Source: Eledone cirrhosa | Lineage: Eukaryota | Length of the DNA stretch: 64,000 nt | Direction of reading: 5' to 3' | Assembly (NCBI GenBank): GCA_964016885.1 | Contig: OZ024742.1 | Location: 217,000,001 to 217,064,000, forward strand | Shown: one piece after another, positions 14,080 to 25,790 of the stretch | Layout: each line of letters begins with the position of its first letter | How positions within the stretch are numbered: position 1 is the first letter of the stretch | Program-made: the position numbers and the translations under genes | The notes under the pieces: model-generated | Told to the model about the DNA's origin: nothing | Seen by the model: only the letters and a program-made list of their open reading frames with translations | Database searches by the model: none

Positions 14080-14292
14080 GTTTTTTTCAAAGAAAGTTTT
14101 TTTTTATAATTATAAAAGTTTAAATTTTGGGCTCAAGGCCCCAATCTTTTTGAGTGTCCTTTTCGGAAAACAATGTATGTGCACTTATATACAGTTAACA
14201 ATAAAAAATTTCCATAAATGGCAATTTTAAACAAACGAAAACAACAAACCTTTGCGAAGCTCACGATGATACGATTTACTACGTAGGTCGCC

Positions 14293-14366
<74 letters not shown>

Positions 14367-14368
<2 letters not shown>

Positions 14369-17300
14369 TTGGCCGGGCAGGCTCGGGTAATAAGAACTAA
14401 TGGGTGGATAAGCGAGCTGGAACTGGAGGAACTGAGCAGAGAGATTAGGTTGGAAATGAAGAGTGGAGTATGCCAGGCAAACGAACCAGTGGGAAATGAA
14501 GGTGAAGAGGTTGAGAGAACGGAGGAACCATCCGAAGCAGACAATGATCTGAATGCTGAAATAAATAATACCTGGAACAAAGATACGGCCATTGAGGAGA
14601 TGAATGCTGATGGGCTAGGACAAGATTTGGTTGATATCCTAAACTTAGTGGTAGATGAAATGAACAATGATAGTGGGAAACCTATGAACCTAAGATTTGT
14701 AGACAGGAAAAAGTTAAAAGAAACAACAGCTAAGGTAAACAAAGTCATCCCATACATTGAGGCGAGTAACCTCCACCAGTGCAACAATATCCTCAAAGCA
14801 ACAGCAAATGCGATGAGGAAATTACTTGGCATAAAAGCGAGAGGAAACAACAAACAAGAAAGATCAGAACCTTGGTGGAAGAAACGACTGAATGGTCAAA
14901 TCAGGGAAATGAGAAATGACATTGGAAAGCTTGAGTCCCTACTGAATGGGACACTAAAAAACATAGACACTAAAAATAGACTGGAAATAAAGTACAAAAC
15001 TAGGAGGAAAAAGCTAACTATTATCATAGAGGAACTGAAGCAACGCATTGTAGCAAAGAGTGCAAAAATTAGGCGATACGAGAGCAGAGTCAGTCAGTAT
15101 AGACAGAACCGCATGTTTGACAACAACCAGAAGATGTCGTTTGGACAGATTGAAGGGAAAGAAAGAGGCAACGACTTGATCCCTGAGGCGGAACAAACTA
15201 AAACATTCTGGAGAGGAATATGGGAGCAGGATGTTAAACATAATGATCAGGCAGTGTGGATTGAGACAGTACAAAAGGAGATTAGTGAACAGGCACACCA
15301 ACAAACTGATTTGAGTATCACAGTTGAAACTCTTAAGGAGCAGGCCAAAAAACTAACCAACTGGAAATCACCAGGCCCAGATGGTGTTCAGGGGTATTGG
15401 ATTAAAAATATAACATCCCTCCACCCGAAACTGACAACCATGTTCAATGACTGCTTGATGTCAGGTGAGGTACCAGAGTGGTTGACAAAAGGTATCACAG
15501 TTCTGGTAATGAAAGACCGAACCAAGGGTAATGATGTTACCAACTATAGATCTATCACATGTCTGTCCGTAATGTGGAAACTGTTAACAAGCATTGTGTC
15601 TGAGGAAATCTACCATCACCTCCACATAAACAACTTGTTACCGGACGAACAGAAAGGATGCTGAAAGAAGTCCCGTGGTACAAAGGACCAGTTACTTATT
15701 GATAAGATGGTAATGAGGAATTGCAGGAGGAGACACACTGATCTTGCCATGGGATGGATAGACTACAAAAAGGCATTCGACAGGGTACCTCATTCTTGGA
15801 TAACCAAAAGCCTGGAGATCTTCAAGGTGGCAGATAACATCAGACAGTTGTTGAGCAAAAGTATGAAGTCCTGTAAAACAGAGTTAACATCGGGCGGAGA
15901 ATCCTTGGGAGGCGTGAAGATCAAGAGGGGTATCTTCCAGGGAGATAGTTTGTCCCCTCTGTTGTTTGTCCTTGCCCTGATCCCCCTGACCTTCATACTG
16001 CGAAAAGTGAAAGCAGGATACAAGTTGGGAAAGGGAGGGCTTACCATCAATCACCTCCTCTTCATGGACGAGTGAGAAGGAGTTGGATGTGCTTGTTGAC
16101 ACTTGCTTACCATCAATCACCTCCTCTTCGGGAAGAGTGAGGAGTTGGATGTACTTGTTGACACTGTCCGTATTTTCAGAAATGATATATGTATGCAATT
16201 TGGTATTAGTAAGTGTGGAGTCCTTGTGATGAAGAGGGGTAAATTGAGCAGAAGCAACGGAATCCAGGTACCAACAGGTGAGATGATAAAAGAAATTGAT
16301 ACTGAAGAAGGATACAAATAGGTGTTCTGGAGGCTGATGACATCAAGAACAAAAAATGAAGAAATTGATAAGATCTGAATACATTCGGAGAGTAAGGAGC
16401 GTATTAAAGTCACATCTGAACAGTAGGAAGGCCATAAGGGCAATAAATTCCCGAGCTATGTCTATTATTAGGTACAGTGCGGGAATTCTGAGATGGAATG
16501 TTGCTGAACAAAAAGAAATGGATAGGAAGACTAGGAAGCTATTGACTATCTACAACATGAGGAGTGATGTCGATAGACTCTACTTAAGGAGATCTGAAGG
16601 TGGAAGAGGTCTTATCAACATAGAGGACTGTGTTCAGATGGAGAAAAACAACCTACACAAATACGTGACTGATAGTAGGGAGCCAATGCTCAGAATTGTA
16701 CTGAAGGAGAGGACAATAGACCAGGGGATGTCCAAGGAGGAAATAACAACAAGGAGAAAGAGCAACCTTCATGAAAAATCCCTTCATAGTACCTTCTTTG
16801 AGAAAACTGAATTTAGAGATCCACAGACATGGAACTGGTTGAAAAGAGGAGACCTTATAAAAGCTAAAGAAGGAATGCTAATGGCTGCGCAAGAGCAGGC
16901 CCTCAAAACGAAGTGGCTGAAACACCATATTTACAAGGAGGAGGGTAGCCCACTTTGTAGGTTCTGTGGAGAGAGAGAGGAGACTGTGGCTCACATTGTA
17001 TCCGAGTATAAACACCTAGCCCAGACTCACTATAAAGGCTGGAGACATGATGTGATGGGCAGGGTGATCCACTGGCACCTATGCAAAGTAAACAATATAC
17101 CACATTTTGAGAAGTAGTATGAGCATAAGCCAGAGTCGGTGATAGAAAACGATCAGGTGAAGGTGCTGTGGGATTTTAGGATACAGACGGACAAGAAACT
17201 GGAATACAATAGACCTGACCTGGTGGTTTTGGACAAGGAAAAAGATCGTGTCTGATTGTAGATGTAGGCTGCCCATTCGACACGAGGGTGCAAGTGGAGA

Positions 17301-17584
17301 GGGAGAAAATTAACCGATACCAGGACTTAAAGTGGGAGGTAAAAAGGATTTGGAACTGCCATGATTGTCATAGGCGTACTAGGTACTATCTCAAAGAGTT
17401 TCCAAGGATGGTTAAAGAAAATTGGTCCCGCCCCGCTTTTTGGAACACTTCAAAAGGCATGCTTGCTGGGAACAGCAAGAACCCTCCGATACGTCCTGAA
17501 TATCTGAGGCTACAGGTAGTGGCTTGATATTCATTTCAACAAACTTTCCAGTTAAATAACATCAATGACTGAGACTCAAAGAAC
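14367..17584 (+). mobile_element. R4/Dong-like LINE (single ORF, RT + CCHC + restriction-like endonuclease), degraded, inserted in (AAT)n
   Basis: [76 protein letters not shown]; ORF ends near 17507; (AAT)n on both sides. Confidence 0.92.
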
Positions 17585-17605
17585 AATAATAATAATAATG
17601 ATGAT

Positions 17606-17769
17606 TTCTTTATTGGCCACAAGGGCTGACATCAAGAAAAACATTACAGACGGCACAGGACGGTGTACGGTGTGGGTTTTGTACGTGTAAAGATTTTTAT
17701 TATTTATATAAAAAAAATTAAAAAAAAACATAGAAACATATATTTATAAACAATAAAAATGAAAATTAA
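17606..17769 (-). mobile_element. Tx1-like 3'UTR stub (divergent subfamily)
   Basis: ttctttattggccacaagggctgac..cggcacaggacggtgtac resembles the 3' ends of copies A and D; bounded by (AAT)n. Confidence 0.7.
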
Positions 17770-17781
17770 AATAATAATAAT

Positions 17782-19593
17782 TCTTTCTTTATATACCATA
17801 AGGGTTGACATAAAGTATAACATTAAGGATAGCACATGACGGTACAAATGGGCATTTCAACGTGTAAAAAAACAAAATTACCTATATAAAAAAACGAAAA
17901 CAAAGGATGTAACAAAAAAAGAAAACAAAGGAAACATACCCCAATAGTGGGGAGAGTTCCGAAAGTCACTAGTGGAGAAAGTCCAGAAAAAGCCACAGTC
18001 CCCCTGACCGCTAGGGCAAGCGCCCTCTTCCACTTTTCCTCCTACAATACTACAGGTACATGCTCAGGGTAGGCCCATTCACACGAGCCATTCTTGCCTC
18101 TCTCACCCACCTTTCAACAAACTGGCTGGAAGGCAGCACTTCCCTCTCCACTCTGAGATTTCTTTTCAGGTGAAAGTTAATGAGGGCGTCACCGAAGATG
18201 AAATTGCCCATCTACAACCCTTTCAGACGTGTCTATCATACGACCTCTTTTACCATGGCCACCGGGCAGATAAAAACTGCCTGCCCCTCATGGTAAAACG
18301 ATGGACTCAGCTGATAGACGGATCCGTCCTACAAGCGACAGCAGATGTTCGGCATAAATCCACATGCTCGGACACTGGAGGAGTGCGTGCAGACGGTCTT
18401 GTCGCCCGACGCGCATCTCGGACAGGCCCGGCTGATGACACTTCCATGCCTGTAAAGTTTATCTCGAACTGGCAACGCTCCCCGGTAACACTGCCTTCCA
18501 CAAAAAGCTATAGACCCAAACATTCCAGCGCGGTAAGGTGAGGCTTAGGACAAAGCACGAATGTCAGGTGGTAGTAGATGACGGTGTGATGTACGCATTC
18601 GCCACCTCCGCTCGGGTGAGAGAGGCCAGCCTGCTCGTGACTTCGTCCCAGTTTTTGTCCGTCTGGACTTCCGGACCTAACCAGACCCCTAGCAATTTAA
18701 CCGGTCCGTCTGTCCAGCGCCCGACGACGCTGTTGGACGGCATGGACCTGCCTCTCCAGGTGCCAAGCCGCAGGCCCACCAACTTTTCCTGGTTGATTAT
18801 TGTTCCTGTCACCGCCTCATATTCTCTTAGTGTAGTGTCGATAGCCTCTGCGTGTTTGGCGCTCGACACCACTACGGTGACGTCCACATATGCTGACACG
18901 GTTCTCTCGCATCCTAGTTCGTGCGGGACGCCCCTCGACATCTCCATTTTGTGCAGTAATGGCTCGAGAATCAATACCTACAATAGGGCCGAGCGGGGAC
19001 ATCCTTGGTGGACTGAACGCATGATGTTAAACGGTTCCGAAAGGTGACCGTTCAGTCTCACCAAAGAGCAGATATCGCTGTGCATGGAAGTGATCCAGCC
19101 TCTAAAGACGGGCCCAAAGCCGGTCGCCCATAGGACCACCGCCAGATAACGACGGTCGACCCTATCGAAAGCTTTCTACTGATCTAAATTTATCAAAGCC
19201 CCCTCCGTGCCAGGTTTCGTACTGCCCTCTCCACGATGTATTGCATGAAGATGAGGTTGTCGTGGATGGATCTGTCTGGAATGGCGCATGTCTGCGCGTC
19301 TCCCACAAGACCACCGACGACAAGCGCCAACCTCTTTGCTAGCACCTTGGCAAAATTCTTGAACTCTTCCTTTAGCAGAATTATGGGCCTGAAATAATCT
19401 ATGTTGTTACCCTTGTTCGGGCCCTTAATAAGCAGTGCCATCGCTTCTCGGCTCACAGAATTGGGAATTCTCCCGTTCTGCTGCCAGTTGAAGTAGACGT
19501 AGGCAAGAAGTCGCCGAACAAGTCTGGCATGTGTACGTAAAGCTTGTAGGGCAGACCATACAAACCCGGTGATTTACCCATAGTGCAGTCAAT
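17782..19593 (-). mobile_element. 5'-truncated, internally deleted Tx1-like LINE, copy B
   Basis: Homologous to copy A 3'UTR and RT/C-terminal ORF2 (FRPIILL, KVLAKRL, KLLGVW, RACPRC); deletion junction near 18500-18520. Confidence 0.9.
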
Positions 19594-19609
19594 CTAGTAA
19601 TTTATTGTT

Positions 19610-22600
19610 TCATTTATTGGCCACATTTAGGGCCGACATATAGGGGACAATACAATAGACAAGGACAGTGGGGGCTTCCATACAAAATGTGTCAAAAATA
19701 TAAATAAAAATAACAAAATACCAAGAGAAATACAACAATGAAAATTCCCCAATAGGAATGATAACCACCCAGGGTTAACTCAGGTACCCAACCAATCCTG
19801 AACCACCCGCCGCTTCGATGGCACCCAAGAAAGGCACATTTCTCCCCCTCAAATTAACCAGCCTACAGGCGCATGATCAGATTAGGCCATTCTGGCCACA
19901 TTCACCCATCTTTCAGTAAATGTACTGGGGGGGGGCAGCACTTCTCTCTCCACCCTCACCTTCCTTTCCAGGTGAAACTTGAAAAAGTTGATGAGGGATT
20001 GGCCGAAGAGAAAAGTGTCTGTCTTTAGTCCTTTCAACCTGGTCACCATACAACCTCTTCCGTTACTGCCACCAGACAGAGGAAAATTGCCTGTCTTTCC
20101 TGGCTAAAAGAAGGCGACGGGTCGATTTTCACTATGGACTCGGCCGATAGCCAGATCTGTTCTACACGTGACAACAGTTGTTCGACATACCCCCCCACAA
20201 GTCAGTAATGCACGGACACTGGAGGAGTGCGTGCAGAACGAATTCGTCGCTCTGTGTGCATCTCGGGCATGTCCATCTGACAGCACTGCAATTCCGTGCC
20301 TGTAGAGTTTATCTCGAACCGACAGTACCCGCCGGTACCACTGATAAGAGAGGGATTTCTGGAAGTTATCCATCGTCTGCGGCTCGAAAGTCCTCCGGAA
20401 CAGACTGGTTAGTTCGACTTCGTCGACGCACAGAGCCTCTCCAAGTGCGTCGTCATACTTTCCCACCACTAATCCTCTATAGAACTCTATAGAAGTTCGA
20501 CTGGCCACATTGCCCGCCTGATAGAGGGCAGATAGTGCTTGGCAACATTCCAAATGCCAGTCACCCAGTCTCGGTCTCTTCTTGACCCAGGACTGCAGAT
20601 CAGTGAAAGAGACGAGCTGTGGATAGGCCGGTCTGACAAACGGCGACCATACATGTTCACCGTGTAGGCAGAATATCTGGAGACAGATATTCTCACAAAC
20701 TTCTGATCTGAATAAGCGACCGTTTTAAAACGTGGACAGCCTACATTATTTCTATCAAATTTCCTAATGAAAATCCTGTCTATATACGATCTAGATGACC
20801 CTATGCTGTTAGTCAAGGTCTACACGGGCGCATTAGGAAAATCTAGTCGGTACCTGTCAGCCAGTTCCAACTGGCTGATCAGGTACTTGAGGCTTTTTCA
20901 CACACACACACACACACCCTCATATCAGCTACTCCCACACAACCCCAGAATGTGTCTAAGATGCTGTTCCAGTCCCTCTCTAACAGTAAAGGGCGAGACG
21001 TACCCAGAAAGGCTTCCAAGCGTCTAAAGAAGCCCGGCCGTCAGGCCCCAGTGGGAGCGTAGACGGCCACCAGTCTAAAGGCACCACCTTCGCTATTGTT
21101 CACGTCCAGGACCACCAACATACCGTCCGGATCCCGAAATATCGACCTTTACCTCGAGATCCAGGCCTTTCCTAAACACCACTGCCACTCCACCTCTTAT
21201 TCCCGGCCGACTAACAGATACGAAGATCTGATAGCCGTCGAAAATGGGAGATAGTTGGCGCGTGTCGGAAATCCTGGTCTCGCTGACTGCAATTACATCC
21301 ATTTCTAGAGACCTGAGGTCGTTGAGCAGAGGACCCTGCTTCCAGGGCGACCCCAGGCCACGAATATTTAAACTTCTTACTCTTAATATGGCCATGTTCG
21401 CAGGCTAAAAGAGAGAGGAAAGGTTTACTTAACTCCCAGGGTCTTGTGAAGGTCGGGTTCTTCGACCTCCATAGTTAGTGGGGTTTCTTTTGGGAACTCA
21501 TTTAAAAGTCTCGATGTGGGTTTCACGTTCGGGGTTCTTACGTCCCGAGGTAAGCTCTCTCAAATTCCTTTGTAGGAATCGAGCGACATTCGCACCAGAA
21601 ACAAATCTTCTGCCACGCGAAATGTGCTCAAAAATCTTCCCCTTTTTGAATTGCTTTACTTTGTGCTACGAGAGCCATCAAATCCTTGTTGGCCCTCCTG
21701 ACGAGCACGAAGTTTTGTATGTTTTGTTGGTATGGTTTTATTTGTTTGCGTAACTGGTGATGATGGTTTTGTTGGTGTTGTTTCGGATGTGTCTGTCTTT
21801 GTTGTGAGTGCGGTGTCTGCGGTTTCAGATGTTTGTGTGTCTATTTGTTCTTGTGTCTGTTTAGGTTGCTTGCGTTTGGGAGATACTGGTGATGGTGATG
21901 GTGTTGGTAGTGTTGATGTTGGTGTTGATGGGGAGATGTTTGCGTGGGTGGTGTCTGCATTTTTTATTGTGGGTGTTTTTATGCTTTGTTGAGTTTTTTT
22001 CTTTGTGTGTTTTCTTTTTTTTAGGGGGGGGGGGGGATTTGGGTTTTCCCTTATCTTCTGTACTGGAAGATGAGGGATCTGTCGCTGTAAGTGTGTCTGT
22101 GTCTGTGTGTGTGTGTTATGTTTTTGTTAATGTGTGTGGGGGGGGGTTCCTGGGTGGGCAATGTTGGTGGAGACGTTTCCGTTGGTGTTGTTGCTGGTGG
22201 TTTTGCCGGTGCTGGTGTTGGTAGTGGTCCTCGCCCCGGCGTCGGCAGCAGTGGAGACCTTCGACCCCTTGCACCTTTCAGCAGTTGAGGGCAGAAAGCT
22301 CTCAAATGGGTTGTTTCCCCATAAACGAAACAATGCGGCTGTTTGCGCTCAGTCATTATATGCACCACCGTCCTGTTCTGGAGACGGATGAAGTCCAGGA
22401 TTCTTTTTACATCCTCGGGCCTGATCTGGAGAAGTATCTCCAGGTCAACCCCAGACCAGTCCTCCCTGGACGGTATCCGACGCCTCCACAATCACGCATC
22501 TCAGGAGCCCCCACATGTCAAGTCCTGGTGGAATCCAGGGAATGCGGACAAGAACTGTTCATTTTCCCCATGTGGGAGCGGTACATTATGACCTTGCTGG

Positions 22601-23278
22601 TTTTGCAAGGGGTCATCGCATGTTTCATAGCGAGGGTTTCTGACTTAAACAGCACCTAAATGGTGCCGTATTGTCTGCCCCTCGCTATGTACTCGGTGTC
22701 ATCCCTGATGCATCTCAGCGCGGCTTCAATATCTGCAATTAAAGCAGCCCTCTTTATTTCTGTTGAAATGCATCTGAAATGCACCGTCTACGCTCCACTG
22801 CTTCAATGGCTTCTGCCGGGGCAGTTAAGTTGGCCCAGGCTTGATCTTATTTGATAAGCTTCCACGCCTGGGCCAACTTTTCATCTTTATTCGTGAGATC
22901 CATGCTGAAGCATGGCCCCTTTTTGGCTGCTGCCGCAGCGAAAGTGTTCTTGTTGGTGGTGTTGTTAGTGTTGTCGTTGTTGTTTTTGTTGTTGTTGTTG
23001 TTTTTGTTGTCGTTGTTCTTGTTGGTTTTGTAGCTGTTGTCGCTGTTAAAGTTTGTTGTATCTTTGGTGCCACTGTTATTGTTTTCGGTGCAGGCTTTGG
23101 TGCTGTTGCTGTTCATGCTGTTGTTAGTTGTATTAATTACTCCCAAAGTGTAACAATATGTTTTCACAGGTTTTCAGATAAGAAATTCTTGCAAAACAAA
23201 TTCAAAAATTCAGTTTGGTGTGTTTGTGCATTACCAGAGGTTTCAAAGGGCAAACACATCTAGCTCTTCCGTTGCCAA
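19610..23278 (-). mobile_element. Divergent Tx1-like LINE, copy C, with ORF1 + APE but RT deleted
   Basis: ORF1 knuckle remnant HCFVYGETTHLRAFCP; APE SLNIRGL/AVSET/YIDRIF/SDQKFV joined near 20690 to post-RT sequence; 5' end TTGGCAAC. Confidence 0.85.
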
Positions 23279-23420
23279 GTAATATTCCCATGCATCTAAA
23301 GACGTAGATGTGTTTACGTCTTAAAACCACTAATAATGCTGATATATTATCTGAAAATAAGATCGGAACTCGAAACCACTGATCATATGACTGCTTAATA
23401 ATAGGTGCACTGAAGCTAAA

Positions 23421-23637
23421 TAATTATTTCTAGTATAGGCACAAGGCCAGTAATTTTGGGGAGGGAAAGTCGATCAAATCGAACCCCGCGCGTGACTGGT
23501 ACTTTATTTTTATCGACCCCGTAAGGGTGAAAGGCAAAGTTAACCTCGGCGGGATTTGAACTCAGATCATAAAGGGCCGTAACTCTATGCGGCAAAGCAA
23601 GGCGTCTGACCCTCTGCCGATACTGCCAATCCACTAC
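23421..23637 (-). mobile_element. SINE family 1, full length
   Basis: Head GGATTGGCAGTATCGG, B-box GAGTTCAAATCCC, core and tail as at 37614-37833. Confidence 0.9.
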
Positions 23638-23689
23638 CCTACTGAAACTAAATAATAATAGTAACAATCCTGCATTGGGCCTAATCAGA

Positions 23690-23877
23690 TAAACTCTGAG
23701 TGACCAAACCAACTGCTAGAAATAGCAGTTAAATTACTTTCAAATTAATCTGCTTTTAAAAAAAATACATGTTAAGTAATGTTGTCCAAAACCTGCGAAA
23801 AGATTAAGTGTTCATCACTGGGGCATTTTTGACCCTAGGTTTGCTCGATCAAGGCTGACCTAAAGAACAGCAACAGC
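23690..23877 (+). mobile_element. Old dispersed SINE-like repeat (family 3)
   Basis: CTGCTAGAAATAGCAG..AAAT...GCTCGATCAAGGCTGACCT..CAACA; related decayed copies near 40430-40560 (-), 41560-41710 (+), 43010-43230 (-), 58190-58300 and 58600-58693 (+). Confidence 0.55.
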
Positions 23878-24161
23878 TGTAATATATTGGCATAATCGAT
23901 ATTTTACATCATAGTTCTAAATTGCCTCTATTTATGCCAAATCTGTACCCTAACGGGGCTGTATGTGACAGCAATGTGTGTTACAATAAGCAGAGAATCT
24001 GGATAATGTTATCTTTTTCAGACAGAAGATAACATTATCTAGTATGCAGCATGCGCTTTTTTAAAAAGAACTGTAGGGCGGGATTGTGTATTATTTTGGC
24101 TTTAAAGTGTACATTTTTTTTTAGTATATATATTTTTTCTAATATTTATTATGGTTTCTAA

Positions 24162-24375
24162 GGGCGGGGGGTATTGGTAGAATCGTTAGAGCGTCGAACA
24201 AAATGCTTTGCGGCATTTGATTATGATCCTTTACGTTTTGAGTTCAAATCCCACCGAGGTCAAGTTTGCCTTTCATCCTTCGATAAAATAAAGTAGCACT
24301 CAAGAACTAGGATCGATTTAATCGACATTTCCCTACTCCAAACTTCTGGCCTTGTGCCTAAGTTAAAAATCAATA
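24162..24375 (+). mobile_element. SINE family 1
   Basis: Same head, core and tail motifs. Confidence 0.85.
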
Positions 24376-24416
24376 TTTGTTATGGTTTCTAAGTATTTCG
24401 ACATCCTTCACTATTT

Positions 24417-24452
24417 TCCTCTCTCTCTCTCACTCTCTCTCTCTCTCTCTCT

Positions 24453-24504
<52 letters not shown>

Positions 24505-24562
24505 CCTTCTCTTTCTTTCTCTCTTTCTCTCCCGATCTCTCACACACACACTCTCTCTCTCT
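24417..24562. repeat. (CT)n microsatellite
   Basis: Direct inspection. Confidence 0.95.
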
Positions 24563-25086
24563 ACTACACTGAGAGAAAAAGATGAAAGAAGACTTCAAAA
24601 TTACTATTATTTTGTAATCCATCCATTAATTCAGACAATCGTAGATGGCTTTTTTCGATAGGTAGGGTGCGGAAAGGGCGGCGGATTACCGGCCAGCATA
24701 TCGACCGTTGTTAGGAAAGTACCGGCACAGCATGCCTCTATATAGTACTGCATAGAACGGTATAGAACTGCATAGCATTACATAGAACTGCATGAAACTT
24801 TACAGACATCATCGTGACAAAAATAATGCAATGGCCGACTTTGCCTTAATACTTCTAGAATAAATTAGAAAACTGTGTAGCCATGTGACAATGGTGAAAA
24901 TTAGAATTTTAGAATAGTGAGTCATATACCATAAAAGGAATACGTGATCTATCAGTAAAACAGGGTCGTGATTTGGTTTTCGTTCCTGTTTGGTGGCCTA
25001 AAAACATGAAAATCATACATTATATATTTTGATTTCACTTTTTATATGAAATTTATGTGCGCCAAGTCTGCGTGCGTGACTATGGT

Positions 25087-25149
25087 TGTGTGTGTGTGCG
25101 TGTGTGTGCGCATGTGTGTGTGTGCATGTGTGTGTGCGTGTGTGTGTGC

Positions 25150-25230
<81 letters not shown>
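25087..25230. repeat. (GT)n microsatellite
   Basis: Direct inspection. Confidence 0.97.
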
Positions 25231-25233
<3 letters not shown>

Positions 25234-25257
25234 GAAAACAGTAGACAGTCAAAGTAA

Positions 25258-25464
25258 CTAGTGGCAGAATCGGTAGAGCTTCGGACATCCTGCTTCGTGG
25301 CATAGAGTTACAGCCCTTTACAACCTGAGTTTAAATCCTGCCAATGTTAGCTTTGCCTTTCATCCTTACGGAGATAAATAAAATAAAGTACCAGTAATGC
25401 ACTGGATCGATTTAATCGACTTTGCACCTCCACAAAATTGTTGGCCTTGTACCTAAATCAGAAA
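25258..25464 (+). mobile_element. SINE family 1
   Basis: Same head, core and tail motifs. Confidence 0.85.
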
Positions 25465-25790
25465 CCACTTCAGCCGCAACCTGGTGCAGTCTGCGACTAA
25501 CCCAGGTTCTGCTGCACGTCGGGCTGAGGAGGCCAAGCTCTCCAAATACCGGTCGCTCTGCAACAGGTTTGCGGTTGTACCCCTGGCAGTGGAGACTTCT
25601 GGTGTCCTCGGCCCTAGGGCTACCTCCATACTCACCACCATAGGCACTGAGCTGGCCAGCTGCAGCTGTGAGCCTTGCGAGTTGGAATGGCTCTTCCAGC
25701 GCGTCTCCCTTGCCGTCCTCCGGGGAAACGCCTTCTCCATTCTGTCCACGGAGACCATCAACATGATTGACTGACTCGTCATTTCATCAT
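25465..25790 (+). mobile_element. 3' fragment of a CRE-clade non-LTR retrotransposon (RLE C-terminus)
   Basis: AARRAEEAKLSKY..FAVVPLAVETSGVLG..LFQRVSLAVLRGNAFSIL matches the CRE-type RLE C-terminal pattern; abrupt GC increase. Confidence 0.8.

Larger units (their letters stand above)
8512..14292 (-). mobile_element. Near-full-length Tx1-like (L1 clade) LINE, copy A, inserted in (AAT)n
   Basis: ORF1 with CCHC knuckle, ORF2 with APE, RT and C-terminal CCHC; AATAAA at the 3' end; (AAT)n at 8479-8511 and 14293-14366. Confidence 0.93.

Noticed and set aside
23421-23637. tRNA genes suggested by A/B boxes
   Set aside because: No cloverleaf can be completed; the heads continue into a dispersed SINE core
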